A stretch of 64,000 bases of DNA from Octopus bimaculoides (taxonomy: Eukaryota). Below, one piece after another: positions 13,917 to 26,639 of this stretch. A program made the translations under genes and the position numbers. Numbering within the stretch: position 1 is the first letter of the stretch; each line of letters begins with the position of its first letter. Under the pieces are notes generated by a model. The model saw only the letters and a list, made by a program, of their open reading frames with translations. It had not been told where the DNA came from and did no database searches. The stretch covers positions 11,350,029 to 11,414,028 of the forward strand of contig NC_068990.1 of the NCBI RefSeq assembly GCF_001194135.2. Direction: 5' to 3'.

Positions 13917-14390
13917 ATGATGATCTGTGAAAAATATAATACCTACACTGAACTATTGAGAAATCAGCAGTTACTCTATCCAGATTACAAGTTTAGGTTT
14001 ATACCTGTAATTATTGGGGCACTGGGATATGTAACTTGCTGCCTGAATATCAAGGTTGAGAAATTTGGTTTCTCAAAACCAGAAAGGAGAAAGCTAGTTT
14101 GAAGATTACAGGTCCAATCTATCACTGGAACATTAAAAATCTGTAAAACTTTCCAGAAGTTTATCATTTAGATATATATGTGCATATCTAGATTTGCAAC
14201 TATATGCATGAGAATATATACATAAAGCAAAACATATAAATCTGCATATCTACATTCATACATACATACTTACATACATACATACATACCTTGTTGTTGA
14301 TGTTCAAATTCCAATGAAGGAGCCTTGAATCTACGTTAGAAACCGACTTTTTCTCTATTGGCAAGAAACCTTGAAGTAAAAAAAACAATG
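13917..14390 (+). mobile_element. R4/Dong-like (RLE-type) non-LTR retrotransposon 3' fragment embedded in (CATA)n
   Basis: Translation EKYNTYTELLRNQQLLYPDYKFRFIPVIIGALGYV...RLQVQSITGTLKICKTF fits the K..KY..L / P.(V/I)IGALG / LQ....GT..I C-terminal endonuclease pattern of R4-clade elements. Followed by (CATA)n at 14388-14490. Confidence 0.75.
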
Positions 14391-16214
14391 ACATACACAC
14401 ACATACATACATGCATACATACATACATACATGCATACATACATACATACATACATACATACATACATGCATACATTTCATGCATGCATATGTTCCCTTT
14501 GAATCATGTCCCTAGAAACCAAGTTTGCTTTCTCTTCTTTCTTCACACTTGTTAGGTTGCTAAAATAAGTTCTAAATATATTTCTAGAAAGGGCATAATT
14601 AATCTTTTCACCTATAGGCACAAGGCCTGAAATTTTGGGGGCAAGTGGATAGTTGATTACTTCAACTCCAGTACTCAAATGGTACTTATTTTGTCAACCC
14701 CCATAAAGGCTGAAAGGCAAAGTCGACCTTGGCAGAATTTGAACTCAGAACAGAAAGCCAGCAGAATGCCCCAAGCATTTCGCTCAGTGTGCTAACGATA
14801 ATTAATGAAAACCTTTTGCCTTTGAAACCTCAGGATGGCTGCAGTCGAATGACTGAAACCTTTAAAAGAACAAGAAAATATGTAAAATTCTTTAGATTTC
14901 TATAAGCAACCAGTGTATCAACCGAACTGTTTAACCTTAAAATTTTAATATCCTTTGTCAGATCCACTTAACATCTCATTAAGAGACTGTATATGTGAGG
15001 TGTGGTCCTTCAACTTGAGAGAGCAGTGACTCTGAATAAGAGCTGCATTGTCCAACCCATGAAACCTTACAAGCAAACGTAAATGAATAGTGGGGATGAT
15101 GGTGATGGAAAGGACAATGGTCGTAGTAGTGACAGCAATGATGATGCTATGAAGAATGGATAAATAGCTGTACAGAACTGTCATCTTTATTCCCAGTGTG
15201 AGCCAATAATCATCACATTGGTTGATCACAAGTGATGAGGAAGCTTTTAAACAGGGATTTGACCAGAACCCAAATTTTATGCAAACTTAACTTTAATATC
15301 TTTCACAAAAGTAAGCATAATATTCTGTCACAACTTGACCTAAAATTTAACCAACAACAACGAGCCAAGGAAAAGAAGCTTCTATGTGACCACTTAAATT
15401 GCAACCAAATCTCCCCCATATCACATTCTACTATCCTGAAAAAAGGTGGAAGCACAGGGGACAATGTACTTCTAGTAAACCCTAAAAGATGGTCCTTCAC
15501 GGGTGACATATCTTTGATCATAGAACTACCTATTGATGAGTTCACCTCATATTAAAAAAAAAAGCGTGACAACAAACACTCTTACACATCAATTAGGGAC
15601 TTATGGATAATATAATGCTAAATGAGTGAGGCCAGGATGATACTAAGCTTTCAAACAGTCTAAGTAAGCATAAAAATGCAATGGTCCAGTTCTTATTTAT
15701 GCGTTTCACTTAATTTAATAAATTAAGTTATTATTTTATAACATTAACTATGTATAAGTTTATTTTTTTGTCATTTAGTTAAAAGGTAGGACAATACCCA
15801 TAAAACATGTAGAACCTCTAAGATGTAGCAGAGCAAACTCAAATAATGATGCTCGTGGCCTAGGTGTTGGTGTTAAACCTTGTGACAGACTAAGCCTTTC
15901 TACCTAAGTAGCACTAATCAGGATTTGAAATCAGAATGCAAAGTGCTGAAACAAATATCAAATGTCATCCCATCAAACACTCCAAAAGTTCTACTAATCC
16001 ACCATTTTAGATTGGTGCTTTATTCATCAACCCCAGCAAAATTTAAAACTCAAATACAAAAAGTAATGCCATTTTGTTTTGGACAGGTATAATTACCAAC
16101 ACAGGAACATGTATCATACATCAAAATGAAACAGGTCCTCTGTGAATCACATCCCTACTTCTCAACATAGTCACCGTTTTTCTTAATAGCAATGTTCCAC
16201 CTTCGAATGAGAGC

Positions 16215-16600
16215 TACATGGTTCTGGGTTCAGTGCGACTGCATGACACCTTGGGAAAGTGTTGTCTGCTCTAGCCTCGGGCTAACCAAAGTCTTGTGAG
16301 TGGATTAGGTAGATGGAAACTGAAAGAAGCCCATCATGTGTGTGTGCATGTGTATGTATATATAATAATAATGATAATAATAGTAATAATAATAATAATA
16401 ATAATATATGCATATATACATACATATATGTACGTACTTATATATGTATATACATAGGCATATGTGGGCACAGGATGTCACAGAATGTAAACAACATGAA
16501 ATACGAAATACAAATACATAGAATATGAACTTTTTTGCGAAGAATGAAAGAAAGAAATGGAAAACAAGACAAGCAACATAAAGAAAGACCCTTTATCAGT

Positions 16601-16651
<51 letters not shown>

Positions 16652-16885
16652 TTATTTATTTATTTATTTATATGTGTGTGTTTTTGTGTTTGTGTTTGCC
16701 CCCCCCCCTGGCTTGACAACTAATGTTGGTATCCCTGAAACATAGCAGTTTGGCAAAAGAGACCGATAAAATAAGTACTAGGCTTACAAAGACCAAGTCC
16801 TGCTGGTCGATTTCTTCAACTAAAGACAGTGCTCCAGCATGGCCGCAGTCAAATGACTAAAACATGTAAAAGAGTAAAAAAGTAA
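16215..16885 (+). mobile_element. Bipartite SINE whose internal microsatellite holds extra (AAT)n and a foreign fragment (16460-16605)
   Basis: Head at 16215-16335 and tail at 16670-16885, with intervening repeats and a unique insert. Confidence 0.75.
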
Positions 16886-16929
16886 TAATAACATCTCTGA
16901 GTAATTTACTCCAGTGATCAGCTTTGCAA

Positions 16930-17200
16930 TATTGTACATAGGTTGGCACATTTAATGATCCTCTCATCACTAGTTTGATTAATACGGTGAAATCTTACCT
17001 GGAATTTCCCTGAAAAGATCTAAAGAAACTAGAACATATTCAGAGTTGTCTCCCATATACCATACTTCATGAAATGATTAAAACAATTGTCACTGAAAAG
17101 CTGTTGTCTTCTCTTCACTATACAAATATTTATAATGATTTATTTTATGGTCATTACGCAGAACACATTAATGCTAACTTTACTATTCCATATTCTTTAT
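16930..17200 (+). mobile_element. Possible ancient CR1/L2-like LINE 3' remnant
   Basis: Frameshifted TWNFP / KDLKKLEHIQ resembles the VWNP..KKDI.KLE..Q motif found after the RT domain of CR1/L2. The signal is weak. Confidence 0.35.
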
Positions 17201-18540
17201 AGTTTTATGTATATTCAAACTGGCAGTGATGTATATCATCTTCATTCCTTAGCTTTCAGTTCATAATCCTCCATTCGATCACTGAAACTTTGTACCAGTA
17301 CACTACAGTAATGCAGCGTAATATAATACAGACATATCTATGAATTGTCAGTTGCTATAATTCTACAGAGGTCATGAGTCAATGATAAATTATACTTATG
17401 TGTATACCTAAATTGCCTCAGTATAAGCTTCTTTCATGTGAGTATAATTAAATAAGAAAGTATGAGAAAATAACATGTTTTAAAATGGTATTACACATGA
17501 ATTAAATCATAACATGATATCATCATATATGAATTAATAATTCAGAATTTTAATTTTTCTTTTATTTCTAATGTACATTGTAATGCCTATTTTCATTTCA
17601 TTTTATTTCTTTTTGATTTATATTTTTCCCCTTTACTTCAATATTTTTTAAAATACAATCTATAATTTATTTTGTGATATTTTAATAGTGTGTAGACAAT
17701 CTGACGGCACAAAGTGTACCATTGTGAATACATAAATTATCTTCGGCTCTCTAAATGATACTTATAAATCTCACCAATTTTTGAAATTGTTAAAAAAATA
17801 TATTGGATACAGAATATTTTAGTGCTTTTTAAATTTTATTTTTTTTTTTTGAATACTGCTATATTTGAAAATATTAAAAAAGCAAAGCTGCGTTGATAAT
17901 TATACAATTATATGTCTATTAGATTTGAAATATCCTTGTCAACAGGGGAATATTTGTCTTGCATCTACAGAATGTGGCATGCACAAAAGTCAGTAGTAAA
18001 CCATCATACTTACATGGCATTGAGGGAGTCTCTACATGGTCAGTTTTTCAAGCAGCCAGAAATAGAAACCAATTCTCTATAGATAATGTTGTAAAAGATA
18101 AACTACGTCTGCAAAAAAAATGAGCAGGCCACAGGTGGAATGTTTAAGCATAGATTTACTCTATAAGGACTGACTTAGAGCTAAATCACACCAACCACCA
18201 CCACCACCACCACCACCACCACCACCACCTCTGTAATACACTTTGTTTTATGTAATATAAGATATATATACAAATGGTGGTGAGCTGGCAGAATTGTATT
18301 CATATTGAACAAAACAATTAGTAATATTTCTTCCAAATCTCTATGCTCTGGTTTCAAATCCTACCATAGTAAATTTTGCTGTTTATTCCTTCAAGATCAA
18401 TAAAATAAGGTACCACTCAAGTACTGAAGTTAGTGCAATCAACTTGTCCTCTCCTCTCAAAATTTCTGGCCTTTAACTCTGCAAAGTATCTGGTTCAGTG
18501 GGAATGAGGTGATCTGGATTAATGAAATGCTATGGAAACT

Positions 18541-18911
18541 AGTGGCTGTGTGGTAAGAAGTTTGCTTACCAACCACATGGTTCCAGGTTCAGTCCCACTG
18601 CATGGCACTTTGGGTAAGTGTCTTCTATTATAGCCTCAGGCCAATCAAAGCTTTGCAAGTGGATTTGGTAGACAGAAACTGAAAGAAGCCCATCTTATAT
18701 ATATATATATAGCAATAAGAAAATGGAGGAGATTAATAGGTGGTATTCGTCAACTTGCAGACATTGTATTATGTCACTTAACTTGTTTGTTTGTTTACTA
18801 AAAGGACAATAATAACAATATACAAACACATGTGGCATATTATGTCATATCAGTAATTATAAAAATGACATATAGTGACAGAAACTGAGATAATATCTTA
18901 AGATATATATA

Positions 18912-18997
<86 letters not shown>

Positions 18998-19410
18998 CAT
19001 TATTATGATTGACCGTTGACTGAACACTATTCAATTTTTTTTCTCCGTGTTTTTCTCCTTGTCTCCGTATTCTTTCTGTTGAAGAGCGTAGCTCGAAACG
19101 TCAAAGACTTTCCGTATTCCCGAGCGTCATACTAATATATACTTTTGTTATTTACACCACCTGTCCTCGTCTGTTGTTATTTTTTGTATATTCTCCCATA
19201 TATATATTTGCATGTATGTATTTGTTATTTGTGTCTGTGTTTGTCCTTCCACCATCACTTGACAACCAATGTTGGTGTTTTAGGTCCCCGTAACTTAGCA
19301 GTTTGGCAAAAGATTCCAATAGAATAAGTACTAGGCTTACAAGGAATAAGTCCTGGGGTCAATTTGTTTGACTAAAGGTGGTGCTCCAGCATGGCCGCAG
19401 TCGAATGACT
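18541..19410 (+). mobile_element. Bipartite SINE split by insertions in its microsatellite
   Basis: Head at 18541-18710 and tail at 19225-19410, with (TA)n and a PLE-like fragment (about 19004-19200) between them. Confidence 0.75.
19071..19107 (+). ncRNA. Minimal type-I hammerhead-like fold with a variant core
   Basis: Stem I TCTTT/AAAGA, core CTGTTGAA, stem II GAGC-GTA-GCTC, GAAA, palindromic ACGT helix III, and a GTC triplet. Confidence 0.5.
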
Positions 19411-20510
19411 GAAACAAGTAAAAGAATTATGAGTCCTAAGGCTTGAGAAAAAAAATGGGAAGTAAAATTTTACATACAATATGTTCCCCTTTAGACATTC
19501 ATTGTCAGAATTGTTAGAAGATTGAACAAAATCCTTTGTGGTATTTATTTCAGTTTCTTCATTGAGGATAAATCTTCAATGGTCAACTTTATCGTTCTTC
19601 CTCCCAAGAATGAAAAATAAAGCTCCATTTTATTGCAGTGAATTGGAAGAATTTTCATTAGAAAGGGCATCCAACCATAGAAAATATGCCAAAGCAGACA
19701 CCAGTGCTTGGCACAGGCTTCTGACTTACTCATTTTTGCCAAACTGGACTGCATAGAAAATGGACATAAACCTTCAGCACACTGAAGGTGAATCATGTCA
19801 CTGTACAAGTTTTTCCCCTTTTCAATGAGACACAATGTGCCTGCAGCTGGAGGGGAGAATACCCATAGGACGATATGATTTGCCTAAGCATGCTAAAAAT
19901 TAAACGATGATGAGAAATTAAATGATGGTGACGACAATGACGATGATGACGATGATGATGATGATGATGACAACGACGATGACGATGACAACAACGACAA
20001 TGACTAAAAGATCAGAAAAGATACCTAGCACTATTGACCTGGATCTTTACATCCTGAGTTCAAATCAAACTATTGTCTGCTTGAGTTGTAGATATAATCT
20101 GTCACCCAACTTTACACCACCATCAGGTCCATAGGTGCTTTTTGGGGGGAGCCCACAATATTGCAAACATTTAGGTGAAGTGTCTTGTTTAACAAAACCT
20201 TTCTATCTCCTTCTCACCTGTCTCGGGGGCCTGAAAAGCATTAAGAATACTGTCCACCTACGAAACTAAGCAACAAAAAAGTGTTCACCAATAATGAGAG
20301 TATACAAAATATCTCAAGTATAAAATAGAATACCTTGAAATACTGTTACATTCAAAGAAGTTTTGAAAAACACAAGTATATAGACACAAAAAGTATTCAC
20401 TTAATGTTTGTTTATATTATTTCTGTAAGAAATTATAACATTTCTTTTCTCTTTGTATATTTTCATATCTGCTGCGGGCATTTACATTAAGTATGTTTTG
20501 TGTGTGTGTG

Positions 20511-20552
<42 letters not shown>

Positions 20553-20944
20553 NNNNNNNNNNNNNNNNNNNNNNNNNNNNNNNNNNNNNNNNNNNNNNNN
20601 NNNNNNNNNNNNNNNNNNNNNNNNNNNNNNNNNNNNNNNNNNNNNNNNNNNNNNNNNNNNNNNNNNNNNNNNNNNNNNNNNNNNNNNNNNNNNNNNNNNN
20701 NNNNNNNNNNNNNNNNNNNNNNNNNNNNNNNNNNNNNNNNNNNNNNNNNNNNNNNNNNNNNNNNNNNNNNNNNNNNNNNNNNNNNNNNNNNNNNNNNNNN
20801 NNNNNNNNNNNNNNNNNNNNNNNNNNNNNNNNNNNNNNNNNNNNNNNNNNNNNNNNNNNNNNNNNNNNNNNNNNNNNNNNNNNNNNNNNNNNNNNNNNNN
20901 NNNNNNNNNNNNNNNNNNNNNNNNNNNNNNNNNNNNNNNNNNNN

Positions 20945-21195
20945 CTCCTCCTACTCGTCCTCCTCCTCCTACTCGTCCTCCTCCTCCTACTCGTCCTCCT
21001 CCTCCTACTTGTCCTCCTCCTCCTACTTGTCTTCCTCCTTCTTCTTCTCCTTCTCCTCCTTCTTCTCCTCCTCCTCCTCCTTCTCGTCCTCCTCCTTCTT
21101 CTTATTCTCCTCCTCCTTCTTCTTCTCCTTCTTCTTCTCCTTCTTCTTCTCCTCCTCCTCCTTCTTCTCCTCCTCCACCTTCTTATTCTCCTCCT
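20945..21195. repeat. Compound (CCT)/(TCT) trinucleotide repeat with an 18-bp higher-order unit at its start
   Basis: CTCCTCCTACTCGTCCTC repeated, then degenerate CCT/TCT. It borders an N gap. Confidence 0.9.
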
Positions 21196-21612
21196 CTTGG
21201 CCATGTGACTATGAATTTTGCTTCAAAGTTACAAGGATCCTCTTCCAATCTAATTACACAGTATCTCAGAAAAATGTCTTATGCCATTCCTTCACCCAGT
21301 CCAATATCTATATCTATATCAATGCATACGTTCATGCATTCATATATATTGGTGGTGTCAGCTGTCTGTCATAGGTCGATGTTGACTGTTTTGTTCAACA
21401 AATAGCTTTGGTTGGTGAGTAAAGCACTTGGCATCATATCTGCACCAGACAGCTTCTCTGGGCCTGGGTTTACACTTCAAATACTAAGGGCTGTACAAGA
21501 ATGCAATGAGCAGGATCAATGATGAGGCTGCCCCACAGTAGCAGCTCACACTCACACACACAAACACACCCACAAACACACTCACACACACAGACAAACA
21601 CACATATATATA

Positions 21613-21862
21613 CAGGGCGCGATGGATAAATTGTCGCTATTTTATATTTTTAATTTTGCACATGTGCATTGTTTGATTTTGATTTTGTCAACTACACAGT
21701 ATAGTAGGATCAGTTGGGCACTGTCTGTGAGAAAAACACTACTATGATGCAAATCACTCTGCCAGAAATTTGGAAATGACATGCTGTACTGCTTGGCATT
21801 CACACCAAAAGCTCCAATATGAACATTTCAGTGGGCTTGATTGTCAATCTGAGGATGGTACG
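21613..21862 (+). mobile_element. Tc1/mariner-superfamily transposon 5' end (TIR plus decayed N-terminal HTH)
   Basis: Terminus TA|CAGGGCGCGATGGATAAATTGTCGC. The ATG at 21744 gives MMQITLPEIWK*HAVLLGIHTKSSNMNISVGLIVNLRMVR, an HTH-like N-terminus. Confidence 0.6.
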
Positions 21863-22529
21863 TATGGTTATCTATGTATTTATACTTATATCAGTTTATA
21901 AACCAGTAGCTTCATTATATTATGTGTCTAAACATCCTGTAATTTAGCAGCTTGACAAAAAAGCAATCAATACCCTGCACTTATGTACTTGCTAGATAAT
22001 AATATAATCAACTAAACTCTACACAGTAATATCTTGACATGGCAGTTGTCTGACGAGTCAAAACAGTAAAAGACAGAACAATAATTCAATAGTATTCAGA
22101 ATTAATCGCAGCATGCTTTATGGAATAATACTTACCTTGCCAACAGTAAAGTTCTCCAAAATATTACAAATATAGAAATGCTATCTGTTATAAAAGAAGT
22201 AAATTGAAAATTAATGTCAGGAAACAAATTGACTAAACGGGTAAAGTGTTTCTACAAGTTTCGAAATTACTTAGTGGAAAATTTATTATAAATTTATATT
22301 GTTTATATCTGCTTCAGGCCTTCTCTTGTATTTCTTTGGAAGATATAGCTGCAGATCGACAGAATTTTTAGAGAGTGGATCAACATAAATGATTTGCAGC
22401 ATTTGTTTCAGGTCTCAGAGCTCCAGGTTCAAATCCCACTAAGTCAACTTCTCATTCTCTCCTTTCTGTCCAAACTGAAATTATATATACTGTTTATATT
22501 AGTTAGACTGATGTTCTCATCTTGATTGT

Positions 22530-22580
22530 TGCTTTCATTACTTTTCAGCTGTTGTATGCCCCAGCCTTCTTCAGGTGTCT
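22530..22580 (-). ncRNA. Decayed hammerhead motif, same family as 48073-48118
   Basis: Minus strand GACAC CTGAAGA AGGCTG GGGCATACAA CAGCT GAAA. Helix III and the 3' strand of stem I are lost. Confidence 0.55.
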
Positions 22581-24299
22581 TGTGTTGAACTAGATTGCTG
22601 TACCAGAATTTTTAATCTAATCCTTTCTTCGATCCACAGGAATACACTTTTTTCATTCTGCTCTCTGCATTTCCTGACATTTTTGGCTTCAGTTGATTTT
22701 TGTGAATTACCATGGTAAATTCTTCACTTCAGAAATATAGAGTTGTATTAAGGAAATTGCTAATGCATTAGATATGATGCCTTGTAGTATTTGTTCCAGC
22801 TCCTTATGTTCTGTGATATTGGGTTTTTATTTTAGATATAATCCATCTTTCACTTTAATACCACCACCTGGTTCTCCACTGCCTTTAGTAGAGTACATTT
22901 TGTTGCTAGTATTCATGTTAAGTTTCTGGTTTCAAGATAACATCCCACTTCACCTCAGCAATCTCAGATGCTCTGAAGAAAATTGTGATTCATAGATCTT
23001 TCTTCTCCTGTCTTGGGCTTAACTTAGGCTTGTATTGAGCACAACGAGACAGAAGGCCAGGGAATAAACCATTTCTGTAACATATACAATACTCTTCCCT
23101 GAGTGGGGTGCTGCTCTATCACAATCAAAAAAGAAATTCTAAAATATATTAATCTAACCAATTATATATACAACCATGATTTTAAATAATAGAAACTTAC
23201 ATGCATGTGTGTCTTATTTCTGAATAAATAAATTCCTTCATTATTTCTGGATTTCTTTTACTGCAGTTGAGCAGCTTAATTTAGAAATACTTTTTGAATT
23301 GCCAGATTAGGAAGTTGATCTTAGAAAATTTTCAAATCTGTCTAGCATCACAACCTCTTTAAAACAATTATCAAGCAATATGTTATGTGGCTTGCTTGCA
23401 AATTTATGAGGGAGCCTCTACATTTCTCAAACTGCTAAAAAAAATTAGACAAATAACTCTGAACCATATAAAGAAAGGGAAGGACACATAAGATAATGTA
23501 GTCCTTCATACCTCTGAAAAAAGACAAAGTGATCAGGGTTAGACTGCCTTTCATCATTATCCTGCTTGAATCAGTTTGCTCTGGTTGCTTTTTATCTCCC
23601 AGGTCAACCCTGATCAGGTAAATGTATGATAAGAAGTATTCTAGAATTGACTATCATATTTTCAAGGGGTCTCAAACAATACATCATCCAAAGTGTCCCT
23701 TCTATCTTTAAAACTGTGGAAGGTATTTGCAAGGGATTTGGTTGCTCTTTCTATTAAAATCTCCTCCCTTACCTAAAAAGCAAACCCTTCTAAACATCTA
23801 CTTCTTAAATATATGCAGTCTATGTAATACTTACAACAAAAGCACAATATACATTACAGGGGTTATCTATTTATTCATTTATTTTTTGCTTATTATTAAA
23901 TTACTTAGGTCTTTAATTTTCCAGTTCAGTATTTCACTTCCATAATACAATGTCGCAATAGCCAAGGTATTGATTGCTATGGTTTTCTTGAGTTTAAGAC
24001 TTGGAATCAATTTAAAGCTTCTGAAATATTCATTTGCAAACATTACTTTCTTCTGTTTTCCTATTTAACCATACAATGCGCCTGTATTTTATATTCATTT
24101 TTCTCAATAGATTTTTATCTATTTTTATCAACTAGTAACACTTCTTCAAACTGAAATACTTTATTATTTTTTTTTTAACCATCGATACTTGTTTATACTA
24201 AACTACAAGTTATGACTTCAGAAAATAAATGAGTTGGGTTAATGATTTTACTAAGATTTTTATCTGTTCTTCAGATATTATTTCTAGCTTACATTTAAA

Positions 24300-26050
24300 T
24301 TTCATGACCTCCTATTGAAAAAAAAGCAAGTCATCATTACTAAAACTGAAAACTAAAAAATAGTAGCTAAATTTTCCTCATATCACACCAAAATGATTCT
24401 TCAGAAAAGGCAATGGGCACTTTTTTCTCTTCCTTGGGCCTTTTTCTTTCTTGTCCCTCTGGGGTCTAAAATTTGTAAGAAATTCTGAAGCACTTTTGTT
24501 TCAAAAATATTAATTTAAAAGATAGTGGTGGAAGGAGAAGTGAGAGGTAATTCTGAAAGGAGGATTTCCACCAAGCCCCACTTCAAACTACAAAGACTAA
24601 AATGTTACACAAATGCTATGACTGCCACGAACACCATCACAACTTCTGCTACTTAACTGGTACATTTTTCCTCTTCACCCAATTTCATTGAGTCTTCTTC
24701 TTTGAGATGTTTCACTCATTTTACTTTTGCGTTTACACAAAGTGGTGATAGATTTTCATATGTAACAATTTTTTCTTCCTCGTCATTCGATGTTGATGTG
24801 GTACTACTGGTTAGTACTGTTAGGAGAGGAGATGTCGGTTCATTTGCACCTAATACTTGATATATAAAGATTCTTGCTATATCTAGAATTTGGGCTGATC
24901 CTGGCCTGAAAACAAGGGTTTGTAATTCATGTTGCAGATGATCTTCATTTTTTTTGTTTGTCTTTCTTTTTTTACTACTTAGGATTTTCAATTCTTTTGG
25001 GCATTCAGCCCTCAATCTATCTTTACTATGGGAAATTTTGTAATTAAGCATTCTGCTCTGAAGCCCTTTCTTACAGTGCTTTTTACAGGTCATAATTTTG
25101 TTATGAGTTTACTGAAACTTGCAATTCCGTTTTGATGCTCCCCCACTACATGTAACATTCTTATTTCTTTACTGCCCACAAGGGGCTACACACAGAGGAG
25201 ACAAACAAGGACAGACAAACAGATTAAGTTGATTATATCAACCCCAGTGCATAACTGGTACTTATTTAATCGACACCGAAAGGATGAAAAGCAAAGTCGA
25301 CCTCGGCAGAATTTGAACTCAGAACTTAGCAGCAGATGAAATACCGTTAAGCATTTCGCCCGGTGTGCTAACAATTCTGCCAGCACACTGCCCTTGTAAC
25401 ATTCTGTTAACATGTAACATTCTGTTAACCTTATTTGAGCCACTTATCATACTGAGTGATAAATAGGTAATGACTACCCACACAGCTACATTATATAGAT
25501 ATTTCTTATTACTGTTTTTGTATTTCTTTAACCAGTGTATTAGATCACAAATATATAGTCAGAGATATGTCTGACAATGACACCCCATATTTTGGCTGAC
25601 TCTTCAGTGTTGAATGTACAGCAGATGGTGTTATAATCTTTGCCTTTCTTAGTTGAAAATATTTTTCCTGACATTCGTGGAAGAGTTTTTACAGGAGGAG
25701 AGATTTAGTTCACTTCCACCCTTTTATAAGCAGAAGTATGTAATTTTTTCCTATTTTCTCATCCCAAATTTGCTCCTATGACAGAGAAATGGTGTTTAAA
25801 TTTACAAAATTTTCTCATATTTTCCTTATAGTTGTCTGAAGTCTAAAAGTTTTGCTTGTTCAGTGTGCATTTAAAGAAAATTCACTTTGGCACAACAACT
25901 GTATGAACGGACTACAAGGTATAATTCCACCAGAGAGTTACTGCTGGTGTTGTTGTTGTTGTTTTAATATTGTTATCTTCGAAACTACCTAGCTGAGATG
26001 TCTTTCGTTTTTCTCTTTTGTTTTTGCAACGTCTTGTAGCATAAGTATGT
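24300..26050 (-). mobile_element. Decayed L1/Tx1-like ORF1 (gag-like) remnant, interrupted by a SINE at 25150-25390
   Basis: KGKDYNTICCTFNTEESAK near 25620 and a degenerate zinc knuckle YKISHSKDRLRAECPK in ORF 24716-25093, with in-frame stops downstream. Similar to 26640-28060 and 54690-55560. Confidence 0.45.
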
Positions 26051-26311
26051 TTTCATAGCCATTTTGGGTGTGAAAATGTAATATGTGAAAATTAAATTAT
26101 TCATGTTTGTAAAACATGTTTATTTTCCTTTATTTTTCTTTTCTGTCTCAGAGTACTGAAGGCAGGCGTTCTTTAGGCAATTATAGTTTTTTTTTTCTAC
26201 AAGTACTCCAAAGAAAATTTAATTTGGTAATGCTTGAATAAATCGTGAATTTGTGTTTCCAAGAGGGAAGAAAAACGACCCCATCCCAGTACAAGAATCA
26301 AATAGTAATAT

Positions 26312-26420
<109 letters not shown>

Positions 26421-26639
26421 AATATTTTCTTTTGTTATTGCCACAGGAATATTTTTATCCATGCTATAAAATCACAGAAGCTACCAAAATTGCAAATAGA
26501 GACAAATAAGTGGATCGATAAAGGCAGGTATATATCATCATCATCGTTTAACATCCGCTTTCCATGCTAGCATGAGTTGGACGATTTGAGAGAGAGAGAG
26601 AGAGAAAGGACATTAGTTTTTAAAGATATATAATCTAAA

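Noticed and set aside
15232-15555. 107-aa plus-strand ORF, and the 92-aa minus-strand ORF at 9592-9870
   Set aside because: No recognisable motif. ORFs of this length can arise by chance or from decayed transposons.
16996-17060. Minus-strand exon candidate WYMGDNSEYVLVSLDLFREIP
   Set aside because: The plus strand is better explained as a CR1/L2-like remnant (KDLKKLEHIQ).
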